From Desulfurivibrionaceae bacterium (GTDB taxonomy: Bacteria > Desulfobacterota > Desulfobulbia > Desulfobulbales > SURF-16), in the NCBI GenBank assembly GCA_031581485.1, contig JAVLBA010000006.1, forward strand, positions 1 to 62,196: a stretch of 62,196 bases of DNA. The letters are read 5' to 3'. Under the pieces are notes generated by a model, which saw nothing but the letters and a program-made list of their open reading frames with translations, was not told where the DNA came from and searched no databases. A program made the position numbers and the translations under genes. Numbering within the stretch: position 1 is the stretch's first letter; the number at the start of each line of letters is the position of its first letter. This document shows positions 61,589 to 62,196 of the stretch, piece after piece.

Positions 61589-61900
61589 TCAGGTTTTGAT
61601 GCCAGGGGCCTTGTCAGCCTGGTTGATATATTTGAAAAATATCGGGAAGGCAACAAAGAAGGCGCCGGCCATCAGATATTCGACGCCTTTGATGTGGGTG
61701 TAAAAATCCACCAGGGTCTCATACTCCCCCAGATTGCCGGTTGCCACCAGGAAGTGACGAAGCATTTCCCCCGCCTGGTAATCCACAGAGGACAAACCGG
61801 TGACAAAGGCCATCAGGGCCCAGATGCCAAAGGCCCCTGCTGTCCCTGCCATGATGATCAAAAAAATGCTCCGCTCCTTGTTTTGGGTGCGCTGCGTCAT
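61589..61900 (-). CDS. Small membrane protein with HmcD-like C-terminal segment
   Basis: AGAGGAG RBS; two hydrophobic segments; TLVDFYTHIKGVEYL. Confidence 0.75.
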   Translation of the reverse strand: MTQRTQNKERSIFLIIMAGTAGAFGIWALMAFVTGLSSVDYQAGEMLRHFLVATGNLGEYETLVDFYTHIKGVEYLMAGAFFVAFPIFFKYINQADKAPGIKT

Positions 61901-61953
61901 GGTCGTTCTCCTCTGAAGTGGAGTTGATTGAATTTTCTATAAGGATCTCTTCT

Positions 61954-62166
61954 CTACATGCCGTTGATGGCGCTGAGGACACCATGGATGACCTGGCCGA
62001 TTCCCTGACTGCTCAGGGCGCCGATCATACATGCCAGGCCCCAGGTGCCCACCAGGCCGGCAAAGGTGATGACCATGGCCAGGCCGATCTTGCCGGCTTG
62101 GTTCAGGTCTGCCTGGGTGTCGCGGGTTTTTTGGATGGGTTTTATAATTCCTGTTCTCTCTTTCAT
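61954..62166 (-). CDS. Small hypothetical membrane protein
   Basis: AAGGAGG RBS; AGLVGTWGLACMIGAL helix. Confidence 0.8.
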   Translation of the reverse strand: MKERTGIIKPIQKTRDTQADLNQAGKIGLAMVITFAGLVGTWGLACMIGALSSQGIGQVIHGVLSAINGM

Positions 62167-62196
62167 GGCCGTCCTCCTTGCTCTCCGGGGTTTCAG

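Overview
Core-genome window of a GC-rich anaerobic deltaproteobacterium; gene content points to Desulfobulbia/Desulfurivibrionaceae-like Desulfobacterota (inference). In order: a cobalamin block (partial cbiC, signal-peptide-bearing cbiK under a B12 riboswitch, cbiA, ABC transporter); a LysR regulator; a stand-alone dnaA homologue; pyk, a MITE and monomeric icd; a second B12 riboswitch with a btuB-btuF-exbB-exbD-tonB operon; a triheme cytochrome c7-type gene; a YkgJ-family protein; a Lig E-type DNA ligase; nadE; phoH-ahbD-hemE-HD-hemH; mreBCD-mrdA-rodA; rubredoxin; tRNA-Ala; mpl; a complex I-like operon lacking nuoEFG but carrying four antiporter-type subunits; tRNA-Gly; rimP-nusA-ylxR-infB-rbfA-nrnA-truB-rpsO-pnp-M16 peptidase; and two small membrane-protein paralogues. 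I see no CRISPR, prophage, integrase or transposase. Best leads: the 4-antiporter complex I with a tandem palindromic operator pair, internally periodic palindromic repeats (including a 147-bp tandem array by cbiA), the orphan DnaA paralogue, and an HD protein inside a hybrid heme operon. None is shown to be new without database searches. Family calls rest on motif recognition only.
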